Below are positions 1 through 13,744 of a DNA stretch of 64,000 bases, in pieces. Numbering within the stretch: the stretch's first letter is position 1; the number at the start of each line of letters is the position of its first letter. This DNA comes from the human T2T-CHM13v2.0 reference genome, Homo sapiens: NCBI RefSeq assembly GCF_009914755.1, contig NC_060943.1; one strand, written 5' to 3'. The notes below the pieces were generated by a model, which was given only the letters and a program-made list of their open reading frames with translations, was not told the DNA's origin and made no database searches. The position numbers were made by a program, and so were the translations under genes.

Positions 1-265
1 CCTTCACCATTGCAGGCCATGCTATAATTCTGCCCCCACTCAGCCCCTACACCAAGTATGCCATCATGATCAACCAGGCCACACCCTACAATTACCCAAT
101 GCCTGTCTGAGATGATGGGAGCATGCCTTATGTGTCCAGCCACCCCCAGGACTCCTAGGGCCCAACCCTGGAGTGGCTGAAGAAACTGTGAGCATCTCCA
201 CTGACAGGGAGGAGGACCCTCCCCAGTGGCTCCCAATAAAAATGTGAAAAGCAAAAAACAAAACC
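1..265 (+). pseudogene. NDUFA3P1: Processed pseudogene of NDUFA3 (complex I subunit), 5' end cut by the window, antisense in a ZNF235 intron
   Basis: Frame from nt 3 reads [60 protein letters not shown], matching the NDUFA3 C-terminus. Premature stops at 108-110 and 156-158, no introns, AATAAA at 235-240, A-rich tail. Confidence 0.9.
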
Positions 266-302
266 AAATTAAACCCAATACTGACAGAAGAAAGGAATCT
301 AA

Positions 303-629
<327 letters not shown>

Positions 630-668
630 TGATTTCTGAGCAGAAGCATGAATGAAATAAGGAAGAGG

Positions 669-968
669 GGCTGGGCGCAGTGGCTCACATCTATAATCCC
701 AGCATTTTGGGGAGGCTGAGGTGGGCAGATTGCTTGAGTCCAGGAGTTCAAGAGCAGCCTGGGCAACATGGGGAAACCTCGTCTGTACAAAAAATATAAA
801 AATTAGCTGGGTGTGGTGGTGCACACCTGTAGTTCCAGCTACTCAGAAGGCTGAGGTGGGAGGATTGCTTGAGCACAGGAGGTGGAGACTGCAGTGAGCC
901 GAGACTGTGTCATTGTACTCCAGCCTGGGCAACAGAGTGAGACCCTATCTCAATCAATCAATCAATCA
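669..968 (+). mobile_element. Alu (J-like) with (AATC)n tail
   Basis: GGCTGGGCGCAGTGGCTCAC start, dimeric structure, microsatellite tail. Confidence 0.93.
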
Positions 969-1231
969 GAAAGACAAAGGTTTAAGAAAAAACAGCATTC
1001 CAGCCAGAGAATAGAAAGTAAAAGGCTGTGATGCAGATGTCATATCTGAGGAACAAGTGAGGGTGGCAGAGACAAAGGGAGGGGGAAAAACAGAATGGTA
1101 AAGCTAGGTGAATAGGCAAACATTATACAGCCTTACAAGCTCCTTAAATACACTGGATTTTACTCATGAAATGGGAAGCCAGTGGAGGATCTGAAGCAGA
1201 GAGTGACATGATGTGACAGATGTTTTCATTC

Positions 1232-1528
1232 TTTTTTTTTTTTTCCTGAGACAGAGTCTCGCTCTATCACCCAGGTTGCAATGCAGTAGCAGATCTCAGC
1301 TCACTGCAACCCACGCCTCCCAGGTTCAAGCAATCCCCCCATCTCAGCCTCCTGAGTAGCTGGGACTACAGGCACACCTACATCTAGCTAATTTTTTTAC
1401 ATTTTGTAGAGACAGGGTTTTGCTATGTTAAAGACCCCAGGCTGGTCTTGAACTCCTGACCTCAAGTGATCCACCTGCCAGGCCTCCCAAAGTGCTGGGA
1501 TTAGAGGCTTGAGCCATCGCGCCCAACC
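1232..1528 (-). mobile_element. Alu (J-like)
   Basis: Reverse Alu with flanking repeat TGACAGATGTTTT (1214-1226 / 1530-1542). Confidence 0.92.
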
Positions 1529-1640
1529 ATGACAGATGTTTTTTAAAAAAGTCTCTCAGGTAGCTGAGTGGAGAAGAAATTATCCTGAATAAAGGAAAAA
1601 TAACAGCTGTTAACTACGATTCCGGCTGCACAGTACTCAC

Positions 1641-1736
1641 CTGAATGCTTACCTCTTTGGGTTTGAAGCTCCTTCATCCAAAGCTTTTCTTCCCTCTCCA
1701 ACTGGGATATCATATCTGGTTTGAAGGACTGATGTC
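1641..1736 (-). CDS. ZNF235: ZNF235 KRAB-B exon (96 nt)
   Basis: AG acceptor 1737-1738, GTGAG donor 1636-1640; encodes (G)[31 protein letters not shown](G). Confidence 0.93.
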
Positions 1737-2289
1737 CTATAAAAAGATAGTATTTAAGTGAAAATGTTAAAGGCAAAGAGTACTGAAAAAATCTGGTTCC
1801 AATCACATGATGTAAGTCTCCTCCCTGCCCCAGCATGCAATGTTTAGGGAACATTTTTTTTTGTCATGACACATTATAAGAAATACATTTACTATCACTG
1901 GAAATACATTACCCTGTGTAAACTATTGAAATAAAAGGTTAAAGGACCTATTTCTAATCAATATCTGTTTTCATCACATCCCTTACGGCAAGCAGCAGCA
2001 GTTATTGCCACAATGTGCACCATTCTGGCTAAGGGGCTCTGATATTGTTACTCTATTTTATTACAAAAATGCTTATGTAACTTACTAATTTACTGACCCA
2101 CCAATGGATCATGACCCACAAGTTTAAAAAAGATATACGAAATAAGGAATCAGGAGGAGCCAAGCTCAACTGTTCTTTTATAGTTCACGTCTAAAAGAAA
2201 ATCATCTGTCTTGGAACAAAGGTCAGAAACATCTTGTCTCTATGCTCTAAAGAGATAGAAAAACTCTAGTCTCTGAGCAGTCCCAAAGC

Positions 2290-2410
2290 CTTGAACAAGG
2301 GGACAGAGGCCAGGGATGCCACTAAACATCCCAAAATACACAGGATAGCCTGATACAACACAGAATTATCTGGCCCAAAACATCAATGGCATGGAGGTTG
2401 AGAAACCCTG
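2290..2410 (+). mobile_element. MER20 (hAT-Charlie MITE) fragment
   Basis: GAATTATCTGGCCCAAAA...GGTTGAGAAACCCTG terminus typical of MER20. Confidence 0.75.
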
Positions 2411-2418
2411 CTGAATTA

Positions 2419-2565
<147 letters not shown>

Positions 2566-2949
2566 CTAGAACATCAAGCACATGTAACCTCAATCTCACA
2601 CCCAATGGCCACTGGCACCTAAGCAACTCTTTCTGTAGAGTTACTATTCTTCCCCTTCCACAATCACACCAAAAATGCTAGGGGGAAGAAGGAAAACACC
2701 TTGTACATGTAACGTGGTGCCCTTTATATAGTTAAATTCCTAGAACTGTCATTGTTAAATCATGGCATACACACATTTTACCATTTGACTGATAGCACCA
2801 AATTTGATAAGAAATTTTGCATTAATTTCTTCCCAACAGTGTTTGATAGTACTACCACTATTTTGTCAATCCAACAGGCCTTCATAAAGCTCTGGCACAA
2901 GTACGCAGTTCACTCTCTGGGTTCTCAGGAACATGCTGTCTTGGTCAAC

Positions 2950-3190
2950 TGCAGCAGCATTTAGGGTCAAGGTTAAGAGTACAGGCTCTGGAGTTTGACT
3001 GCCTTAGTTCACATTCCAAGGGTCTATCCATTGCTAGTTTTGTGACGCTGGTCACAAAACCTCAATTTCCACATCTGTATAAGAGGACCTATATCATAGG
3101 GTCCTTGAAGGGATTAAATGAGTGAATACATATAAGAACTTAGGACAGTGTGTGACATACAGTAAGTACTCAATAAATGTTGATCATTAA
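2950..3190 (+). mobile_element. MIR
   Basis: GGTTAAGAG..AGGCTCTGGAG and CCTCAATTTCCACATCTGT core; AGTAAGTACTCAATAAATGT end. Confidence 0.75.
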
Positions 3191-3371
3191 CTCTTATTAT
3201 CATCACCATCATCTATTTCATCCCATTCATAGCTGCATGATAGTCCATAAACATGATCTACAATATATTTAACCATTCTAAATAATGCACATTTGATCAT
3301 TTTAAATTTAAAAATGACAATGCCACAAGAAAACATATTTTTACATAGATCTTAGCCAGCTCGTATGGTTA

Positions 3372-3773
<402 letters not shown>

Positions 3774-4304
3774 TTAACTCTTCCCGTAAGAGATTATAAG
3801 TATTCCCGATTCTCCATACTCTGGCCAAAACTGGACATTTTTTTTTTTAAATCTTGAGTAATTTGGTGAGTGATATAAACAGCTATTTAATTTTTTTAAA
3901 GATGATCTGATATTACTTTTCTTCACATATTGCCTTTCCTTAATCCTACTGGGATTTTTCATGTATCAGTAACATTACTATTAAGAATATTAAGTCATTT
4001 TCTAGAATATATAAATTCCTACCCCGCACCTGTTTCCTACTTGTCTCATAAAGTTTGTATATGGTGTTTTTCTGTATGGAAATTAACATTTTTTATCTGA
4101 AGACACTGCACATCCCTGCATTTGTTTTGGCTGGAGTTCTGAACATCTATGTACCAAACAACTCGATGACACATGTGGCAAAGAGCCATGCACTGAGAAA
4201 GGGAATCTGGTGAAGAGCAATGTGATTTCTGGAGCCCTTCATCCACCAGGACATGCCAGGGACACATACATGTGTAGCATAGCCTCAAGTCCCTGAATAG
4301 TCTC

Positions 4305-4596
4305 TTTTTTTTTTTTTCTTTTTTGAGACAGTCTCACTCTGTCACCCAGGCTGGAGTGTAGTGGTGTGATCTTGGCTCACTGCAACTTCTGCCTCCCAGG
4401 TTCAAGCAATTTTCCTGCCTCATCTACATGAGTAGCTGGGCTTACAGGTGTGCGCCACCACGCCCAGCTAATTTTTGTATTTTTAGTAGAGACAGGCTTT
4501 CACCATGTTGGCCAGGCTGATCTCGAACTCCTGACCTCAAGTGATCCACCTCAGCCCCAAAGTGCTGGGATTACAGGTGAGCCACTGTGCCTGGCC
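4305..4596 (-). mobile_element. Alu (S family)
   Basis: Reverse Alu with poly-T. Confidence 0.94.
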
Positions 4597-5354
4597 TTCA
4601 CCCAAATGGAACACCTGAAACTTCTGGCTTAGGCACTGGAAGCTTTAACGTCAGCTGGGCATTGAGTGGACTTCAATAAGTGTCTAAAGGTTCACACCTG
4701 TCTCTTTATGTTTAAAATACAGATAAGGCCATCTACATCCTCACAAAGCTGTTCCATGGTGCAAATTCCTGGTGAATCTCCTAGTGCTATAAGACTTTTA
4801 AACTAAGTATGTGCATCTTTAAAATATAATAACATGTTAATGAATAAAACAGATACTTAACTATAATACAAGGTTTTACTTAGAATTAAAGAAAGAAATC
4901 TAGCTCGTTTGAAACTAAAATTACTTTCTCTGAGTTTGGCATCAGTCAGATGCTACTGCACTAAGCTATACTTTATTCTCTCCATAAAATGAGGTGCTGT
5001 GTATGAGAAAATGAGTCTAAAACTTTAAAGATTAAAAAAATGGTAGAATTCTCAGAATCCTTATTTGGGAAGAGAAGTTACATGGGGAAAAACTGCTATT
5101 GTCAATGTCCTTAAAATGGCAAAATTCATAGATTACATAAACATGGAGAATGAGGAAAAATAAAAACAAGTAAATGATGGAAAATGATGTGATCATTTAA
5201 AAAGCAGGTGATATAAAATTAAATTTAAAAAATTCGAAATTGTACCTAAAGTATGATTATATATGTTGAGTGCAAATGAAAAGGAATGTGGGAAATGATT
5301 TGTAAACATATTTGTAATGTGAGAGTTGTTTTCCATTTAAAAAATATATCTGTT

Positions 5355-5577
5355 AGGCCACGGCAGGAGGATCTCTTAAGCCCAGAAGTTCAAGACCAGC
5401 CTGGGAAACACAGGAACACCCCATCTCTACTAAAAATAATTAGCTGGTTGTGCTGGTGTGTGCCCGTGGTCCCACCTGCTCAAGAGGCTAAGGTGGGAGG
5501 ATCTCTTGAGCCCAGGCCCAGGCTGCAGTGAGCCACTGCACTCCAGCCTGGGAAACAGGGTGAGACTCTGTCTCTAA
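5355..5577 (+). mobile_element. Truncated Alu (J-like)
   Basis: Partial left arm plus right arm; tail runs into the TA array. Confidence 0.85.
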
Positions 5578-6112
5578 ATATATATAGAGATTTATATTTA
5601 CATATATATATATATAAAACTATATACTTATATATGAGTATATATATACTTATATATATATAACTATATACTTATATATGAGTAAATATATACTTATATA
5701 TATTTGTATGTGTTTATATATACATATTTGTATATAAATATATACGTATATATTTGTATATATTTGTATACAAATATATACGTATATATTTGTATACAAA
5801 TATATACGTATATATTTGTATGTATTTATATATACATATTTGTATATATAAATATATACGTATATATGTATATATTTATATATAAATATATACATATATA
5901 CGTATATATTTATATAAAATATACGTATATATTGTATACATTTATATAAAATATACGTATATATTTGTATATATAATACATATATACAAATATACGTATA
6001 TTTCTATATAAATATATACATATATATTTGTATATAAATATAAAATATATACGTATATATAAATATATAATTATATAGAAATATATTTTAGAAATTAACA
6101 GATATATATATA
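5578..6112. repeat. TA-rich low-complexity tandem array with palindromic units
   Basis: Recurrent TATATACGTATATA and TTTGTATACAAA units. Confidence 0.95.
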
Positions 6113-6284
6113 TCTCTCTGTTAATTTTTATACTATTATATTGAAATAAAAGGCAACAACCTGGCATATAACAACATTCCAAGTGCCTTTCGTTCCCTTT
6201 TACTGTTCCCAAACAGGAAAAATGTGTCCAATCTTTGTGAAATGAGATGTCATTTTAAGAAACACAAAGGCAAACCAAACTTAC

Positions 6285-6299
6285 CTGGAACTTGGTCAT
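6285..6299 (-). CDS. ZNF235: ZNF235 first coding exon, MTKFQ (exon 6285-6347)
   Basis: ATGACCAAGTTCCAG|GTAAG; acceptor TTCCCTCCCTCAG with AG at 6348-6349; phase 0 joins KRAB-A. Confidence 0.92.
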
Positions 6300-6619
6300 T
6301 TTTCCCCTCCTCCTTCTGGGAAAAGGCAGAGTTCCGGGGAAGTGAACCTGAGGGAGGGAAAGGCATCATGAGATAGGTTAGGGATGGCATTAGTCACCAT
6401 GGCACTTTTATGTGACACTTCAGAGAAAGGTCCCCCTGTCTCTAGGCAGACACAGTTGCACACGGCTTAGTGAGGAGAACGGGAGCTAGCTCCCAGCTAC
6501 CCCTCGGCCCCCTCAACCAGCTGCTTTTGTTCATGAACATTTCATATTAACAGACCTAAATCAAATACAGCTCTCTGTGTACTCCTTCTGAACTTTAGTT
6601 TCCAAGGAAATGAGACACA

Positions 6620-6780
6620 GACAGGCAGGGGAATGTAACAGAGCCAAAATGCCTGGCTTCAAATTTTGGCATTTCTACCTATTTTCAACTGATCAGCAGT
6701 ATAAACCTTAAGCGAATTATTAATCTCTCTGTGCCTTAATTCAGTTACCTGTGAATGGGGACAATAATAATGCCTGTATT
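6620..6780 (+). mobile_element. MIR
   Basis: CTGGCTTCAAAT...TAATCTCTCTGTGCCT...ATGGGGACAATAATAATGCCT. Confidence 0.6.
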
Positions 6781-7479
6781 CTCTATTTCCTGCAGCTTCT
6801 GACAAGCAAGTGCTATTATGCTTCATAAAACTGCCCTTTTGAGTATGCTTTCTAGAAAATGAATCTTTTAAGAAACCCAGAACTCAAAAATAATTGCTCT
6901 GTCCTGTGAGTTACCATTACCCTCAGAAAAGTCTGTAACTGTGATTGGTTGTCTAACATAATTAGTTCCGTTGGTAATGATAGTTAAACTGCCACAGGTT
7001 TTTTTTTCCTCCAACAGATGTAATTACTTGCAAATGTTACTAAGCTGGAGGAGCCTCAAGAAAGTCTCTTTTTCCACATGCATGAAAGCAATGACTAATA
7101 AAAACCTAAAACTCTCTAAGAAATGGTGTTACACTTAAGTTAACCACACGGGATTATTGGTTATAACCACATTATACTGAACATTTATTAGGGCCTCAGG
7201 ACACCTCTGGCACTCTGCAAATCCGTAATGACGATCGCTTATCTGAGATAAAACACACAGGACATTCCCCAGGCTCCGCTGGAACTAATTCCTGTCTCCT
7301 AAACAAGAGGCTAGAAAAGTCCAAGAATCCAGGAACGGCCCCACATCAGGCAAGGATTAGAGAAGGGACAGCGGCTCCGTAGCTGGATCTCCTAGACTCA
7401 GAGGAGTTTCCAAACAACAGGCGTCTTTTTCAGTATTATAACAGAATTAACGGTGGCATCCAACATTTTCCTATGCACT

Positions 7480-7610
7480 GGTTTTAAGCTTATTTCTATA
7501 AAACCTCATTTAATTCTCACAAGAACATCACTGGGAACGCACTAACCCTTTACAGGCACGAGGAAACTGAGACAAGGAGAGATTAAGTAACTTGCCCAAT
7601 ATTTTACTGC
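7480..7610 (-). mobile_element. MIR
   Basis: CATTTAATTCTCACAA...GAGGAAACTGAG...AGATTAAGTAACTTGCCCAA core. Confidence 0.7.
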
Positions 7611-7639
7611 GAGGAGCAGGCAGGACTGGCTGGTAGGTG

Positions 7640-8020
7640 CGTGAGGACGGCTAGGGCAGCAGACCCTCAACCTCGAAGGACGACGCGAGCCCGCCTCCCA
7701 CGCAAGAGGTTCTGCCGAGGGGACGCAAACTCCCGCAGTCTCCCAACCCCGCCCTCCAGCGCTGGCCGCGGCTTCTCTTCCCCAAGCCAAGGACGGGTTC
7801 ATTGCTGGCCCCACGCCTAGGCAAAGAGGGCTCGGAGAAGTCTTGGAGACCCGGAGCTGACTCACCTCCCTGGGAGATATCTCAGATCCGACCTCGCCTT
7901 CCTGGAGCGGAAGTGCCTCCGAGTGCCCACGGTTCGTGGACTCCACTTCCCAGAATTCCTAAGCGGAAGCGTCTCAGAGTTCTCTCACTCCTGGACTACA
8001 GTTCCCAGAATGCTCCAAGG
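7640..8020 (-). promoter_or_regulatory. ZNF235 CpG promoter with two ETS (GABPA-type) and two ZNF143/SBS motifs
   Basis: GCGGAAGT 7907-7914, GGACTCCACTTCCCAGAATTCC 7938-7959, GCGGAAGC 7963-7970, ACTACAGTTCCCAGAATGC 7995-8013. Confidence 0.85.
7866..7930 (-). other. ZNF235: ZNF235 non-coding exon 1 (5' end approximate)
   Basis: GAG|GTGAGT donor at 7860-7865 in a CpG-rich region next to the promoter motifs. Confidence 0.75.
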
Positions 8021-8774
8021 GCAGCGCTTCCCACCAGCTGGGCTTTGTTTTGACTCAAGCCGGTTGGGTTTGAGCCACTTCTCTGGTGCTACTACTGTGA
8101 GATTCGTTTTTGTTTTATTCATTTTTAAAAGCTCATGAGAAAATAATTGTAAAATTTTTAAAGTGATGACATATAAAAATGAAAAGTGCAGCTTGTATTA
8201 TTAAAATAAGTTAGAAACCAAAATTTTTCGCAGAAGCAGAGGGTAGGCTAAAATGGGAAGCGTAAAAGTGACTTAGGCTGAGCTCCGATGGACGCTGAAC
8301 GTTAAGGAACACCAGATCTCAAACTTGTGTCAAATGCCGGCTCCCCAAATATCATCAACTCAACCTGTTGATAAGACAAAAAACAGAATTTATTGTTGAT
8401 TGCAGTAATGGAGAACAACACTTCGACGGAGCGTTGGCACCTTCACAGAGCAAAGTGTCAAGGCAAGGTTGGAACTGATTGAGAACTGGATGTTTAAGGC
8501 GGGTCTTTCAATGCAAGGGATTTTATTAGTATTGCATAATGATCATGATACTACAGTCCAGGATTGGTGGATATAGCAAGGATTTTTGAAGCAAAGAATC
8601 TTAAATTGCAATCTATTGACACTTTCTTTGGAAGAGATTGAAAATTTGATGGGTCTCTGTGGAAGTTCCCATAATGAACAATTAAACAGTTTGCTTGGGC
8701 AGGAATCTCCTGGAATAAAGGCCTGCTGATGAAGACAGCTGAACAATCATGTTAGTGCCGAAAGTAAATTGTGA

Positions 8775-9601
8775 TGAAACGGGAAAAGTTCACTTCTCCC
8801 TCTCCCAGGGCATGTGATGGGGTGTGGCTCGCTTCTTCGTGCCCAGCCGCTCAAACCTCTAGGGGAGCATGCACACGGGCAGGTTGTAGGGCTCCAACCC
8901 CACGGCAGTGTCTAGGGGTGAATGTTTACAGCTCCTGAAGCCCCAGTGGGCGTGTGTTATAGGGTGCTTTTTTAGTTCAGCCATCTGTAGGAGGCTTGTG
9001 TTAGCTCAATTAGACCCCTGACTTATCGCAAGCAAGAGAGGGCTTTCTGTATCCCAGAGGTTCTTGCCTTGGTGTACCAGAAGAATCGCATCACACATAG
9101 GCTTGGAGAAAGAGTGCAAGGATTGGAGAAACCTTGGAGAACGATTTGTAAGTAGCTCTCAGCAGAAGGGGGAGCCAGAAGGGAGATGGTTTTCGCCTGG
9201 AGTCAGCCTCTCAGCGGCCTGGGCGCTCCTCCGACTACCCAGGCCAAACTGCGTTATTCCACCGGTTAATGGCCTGCTGGCCTGCCGGTCTCTTCAGTGT
9301 GCTCTTTTGCCGACCCGCTCCCCTCGACGGCCTCTCGACAGCCAGCTGTTTGTGTGTCCGCCAATGCTCTCCTCTCAACGTCCAGCAGCTTGTGTCTCTG
9401 CCTGCTAGGGTATCAGGGTTTTTATAGGCACAGGATGGGGGCGTGATGGGCCAGGGTGGTCTTGGGAAATGCAATATTTGGGCACAAAGGCAGGAATGCC
9501 TGTCCTCACCTAGGTCCGTGGCCACAGGCCTGGGGGTAGAGCCCTAGTCAGGGACCACACCCTTCTCCCCTCCAGCACTTCCATTCCCCTCTTCCGTATC
9601 A
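8775..9601 (-). mobile_element. Solo ERV1 LTR (LTR1/LTR28-like)
   Basis: TG...CA termini (minus strand begins TGATACGGAAGAGG), 4-bp TSD GTGA (8771-8774 / 9602-9605), TATAAAAA on minus at 9419-9426. Confidence 0.85.
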
Positions 9602-10082
9602 GTGAGGGGCAGGGAAAGAGGATGGAGTTTTAGTCCTTAGTGTCCAAGTTGTGTATATTTAGGGGTCGGTGACAAGGAGAGAAGGGAGTAAAGTGTTTGA
9701 CTCTTTTCCCTCCATTATTCCTCAAGGTACCTAAGGGCTCATGACAGTGTTTTGTTTAATGTGCTATTCGTTCTAATATACTAAGAACCCACAAAAAGGC
9801 AATATAAATATTAAGCCAGAGAAATATCTTGAACTTCATTTATTTTAAATGTGTACTGTTATGGCAAACAAAAGCAGCTCCATTGGCCGGGAATCTAAGA
9901 CAACGTTGTAATATGGGCATGTGTAAAATCTTGAATTGTTTTCTAATTTGTGTTCGGCTTCAAATATTTCATTACATACTTTGATCCTGATCCTGACATA
10001 AATGAAATTAAGTGTCTTATGGTTGAATAAACTAGATGAAACAAAGAAGCCGTGATTTTTCTCCTAGGCAGGTATAAATATA

Positions 10083-10758
10083 CAGGTGACCATTGAAAAA
10101 CACAAGGGTTAGGGGAGCTGACCCCTGGGCAGTTGAAAAATCTACCTGTAAGTTTTGACTCCCCCAAAACTTAACTTACTTAACTACCAATAACCTGTTG
10201 ACCAGAAGCCTTACCAATAACATAAACAATTAACATATATATGTGTATATATATATATGTTTTTTGTTTTGTTTTTTGAGACAGAGTCTTGCTCTTGTTG
10301 CACAGGCTGGAGTGTAATGGCACCTCCCGGGTTCAAGCAATTCTCCTGCCTCAGCCTCCCGAGTAGCTGGGATTACAGGCATAAACTATCATGCTCAGCT
10401 AATTTTGTATTTTTTTTTTTTTTTAGAGACGGGGTTTCTCCATGTTGGTCAGGCTGGTCTCGAACTCCCGACCTCAGGTGATCTGCCCGCCTTGGTTGGA
10501 CTGTATTCTTACAATAAAGCTAGAGAAAATAAAATGTTATTAAGAAAATCATAAGGAAGAGAAAGTATTTTTTGCTATTTATTAAGCAGATCATCACAAA
10601 GATCTTCGTCCTCATCATCTTCACTGAGTTGAATAGGCTGAGGAGAACAAGGAAGAGAAGGGGTTGGTCTTGCTGTGTCAGGGATGGCAAAAGCAGAATA
10701 CAATGTATGTATAAGTGGAACTGCAGAGTTCAAACCTGTTTTGTTCAAAGGTCAGCTG
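10083..10758. mobile_element. Tigger2-family (MER28/Tigger2a-like) DNA transposon interrupted by an Alu
   Basis: Terminal inverted repeats CAGGTGACCATTGAAAAACA / TTGTTCAAAGGTCAGCTG, each flanked by TA. Confidence 0.8.
10258..10495 (-). mobile_element. Alu (S family, internally deleted and truncated)
   Basis: Reverse Alu inside the Tigger2 element. Confidence 0.9.
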
Positions 10759-11460
10759 TAGTTTGTTACATTTTATTATCAAAGTTTTCAAACATATATA
10801 GAAGTAGAGAGAATAGTAAAATGAACTCTATATACTGATATCCCAAATTCAATAATTAACACTGTTTAGCCTATTTAATTCATCTATCACTGTTTTTTTA
10901 GTTACAATTCTAAAGCAAATTCCTGTAATTATGTCTTTTCACCTCAAAATGCTTTGCTAAATATATTTTAAAATAAAAATATTTTCTTTCAAAACCACAA
11001 TACTATTATCACACTGAACAAAATACCAGTTATTTCTTAGTATTTCCTAATACTTGACAACCAAAATGAGTGACTCAGGCATAAGTCTCAGTCATTGAGG
11101 TTTACTAAGCCAGCTGTAGGACCTGCCGGGGAAAAACAAAGCCACAGACACATCTGTGACTATCTTTCCAAAGAGGTTTTCGGGAGGTTTAGTATTTGTC
11201 AATTTCCTTAAAGGGGTGGGGAAGGGATATAGGAAGAGGGGTAGGTATGCAGTTAGGCGAATAGTTACATTCTTGTGAGACTTTAGTTAGTCCCCAATAA
11301 ATCTACATTTTTACATAAATAAGGTGAATGTCTTAAAAGGAAAAGGGAGTAAAAGAAGAGTCAATTATGTAGATGTATGTGGAGGTAGAGGAGAGTAGGT
11401 GGAGGAATGAGTCTTGACTTTGTTCTGCACCTGGGAAGATAAACTTGTAATCAACATTAT

Positions 11461-12460
<1,000 letters not shown>

Positions 12461-12944
12461 TGATCAGTGTGGAGTTTTAGGAGCTAGACTTAGATTGTAG
12501 AACTAAAGCAACAATTGGCATGTGCCTGTTTATGAGAGGTCAGCAAAAATTTTACTTATGAGTAATCTATGGGGAAAGCTCTTCCCAAATACCTGAGGCT
12601 TTTCACCTTTCATGGGGATCTGGCTAATGCACAGCTGTTCGTTTGGAAGAGGGTATTGCAATGACTGAACTCCAGGGCTTAATCTCCACACTTGCCTAAG
12701 TTTGGAGGATCCTGAGATGTTTATTTTCCTTTACATACCCAATCTCTATTAAAATTTTCCTGATTACCTAAAAATATCTCATGACTGGTTTGTCAAATCA
12801 ATATCTAGCCCATTCATTTTATTTATCTACTTAGGTGTATTTACTATTGAACACTACTACATCACTCCTTTGTTTCAGACCCTGACCTGTTGAAGGAATT
12901 AGGTCAGTTGTTATGATATTACACATTCCGGATTTCTCCAACTT

Positions 12945-13690
12945 TTCTGGCCTCTGTCCCTAGTTCCTGGGAGGTGGCATCTAAACTCTTAAAATATCCT
13001 GAATTATAGAAGCTCTTTGTTATTCACGGTGGGCCACTCACACTATACCTGACAGATTGTGCTAAAGAGGTGACACATGATGGGCCTCTGGATAAGTTAT
13101 GCTAGTGAGATTACTTCAGATAGGTGCTAGTTACACCAGACAGATCGATCATGTGATTTGAAGTTTGGGACTATGAGCCAAATAACACCAGCCTGTGTAG
13201 AGGATGGGGGCTAGACATTGAGTTACATGTCAGTTCAATCAGTCATACCTACGTAATAAAGCCCCAATAAAATCTATGAACACAAGCTTGGATAGACTTC
13301 TATGGTTGGCAAGTATTCTCATACAGCTATGTGCTGGGAGGGTAATGTGTCCTGACCCCAAGAGAAAGAACCATGGAATTTTTCATCTGGAACCCTCCCA
13401 GACCTTGTCCTATGCGTTTCTACCTTTGGTTGGTTTTGATTTGTATCCTTTTTTTTTTTTTAATAATAAAGCTGTAATTAATAAATATAATTTTCCTGGG
13501 TTCTGTGAGTTGTTTCAGTAAATTATTAAACCTGAGAGGTTAGTGATCAGAAGTGGTCAGCTGGTCAGAAGTGAGGGTGGCATGGAAATCCTTGAACTTG
13601 CAGTTTGGAATGAAAAAAGTCTTCTGAGCACTGTGCACTTGAACTGTGAAGTTTGACCTAACACTGAGTAATTAGTTTCAGAAGTAATTA
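12945..13690 (+). mobile_element. MER21C-like LTR
   Basis: Similarity to MER21 consensus (CCTACGTAATAAAGCCCCAATAAAA, ATTAAACCTGAG...GGTCAGAAGTGAGGGTGG). Confidence 0.65.
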
Positions 13691-13744
13691 CACCACTTAA
13701 TAATATGGGCTAATACCTTTACGAACCTCAGGGCAGAAAGTATT

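Noticed and set aside
5650-6212. Y/I-rich ORFs
   Set aside because: Artefacts of the TA array
7542-8138. ORFs over the ZNF235 promoter (also 59131-59623 over the ZNF112 promoter)
   Set aside because: GC-rich, stop-poor promoter sequence with no recognisable protein family
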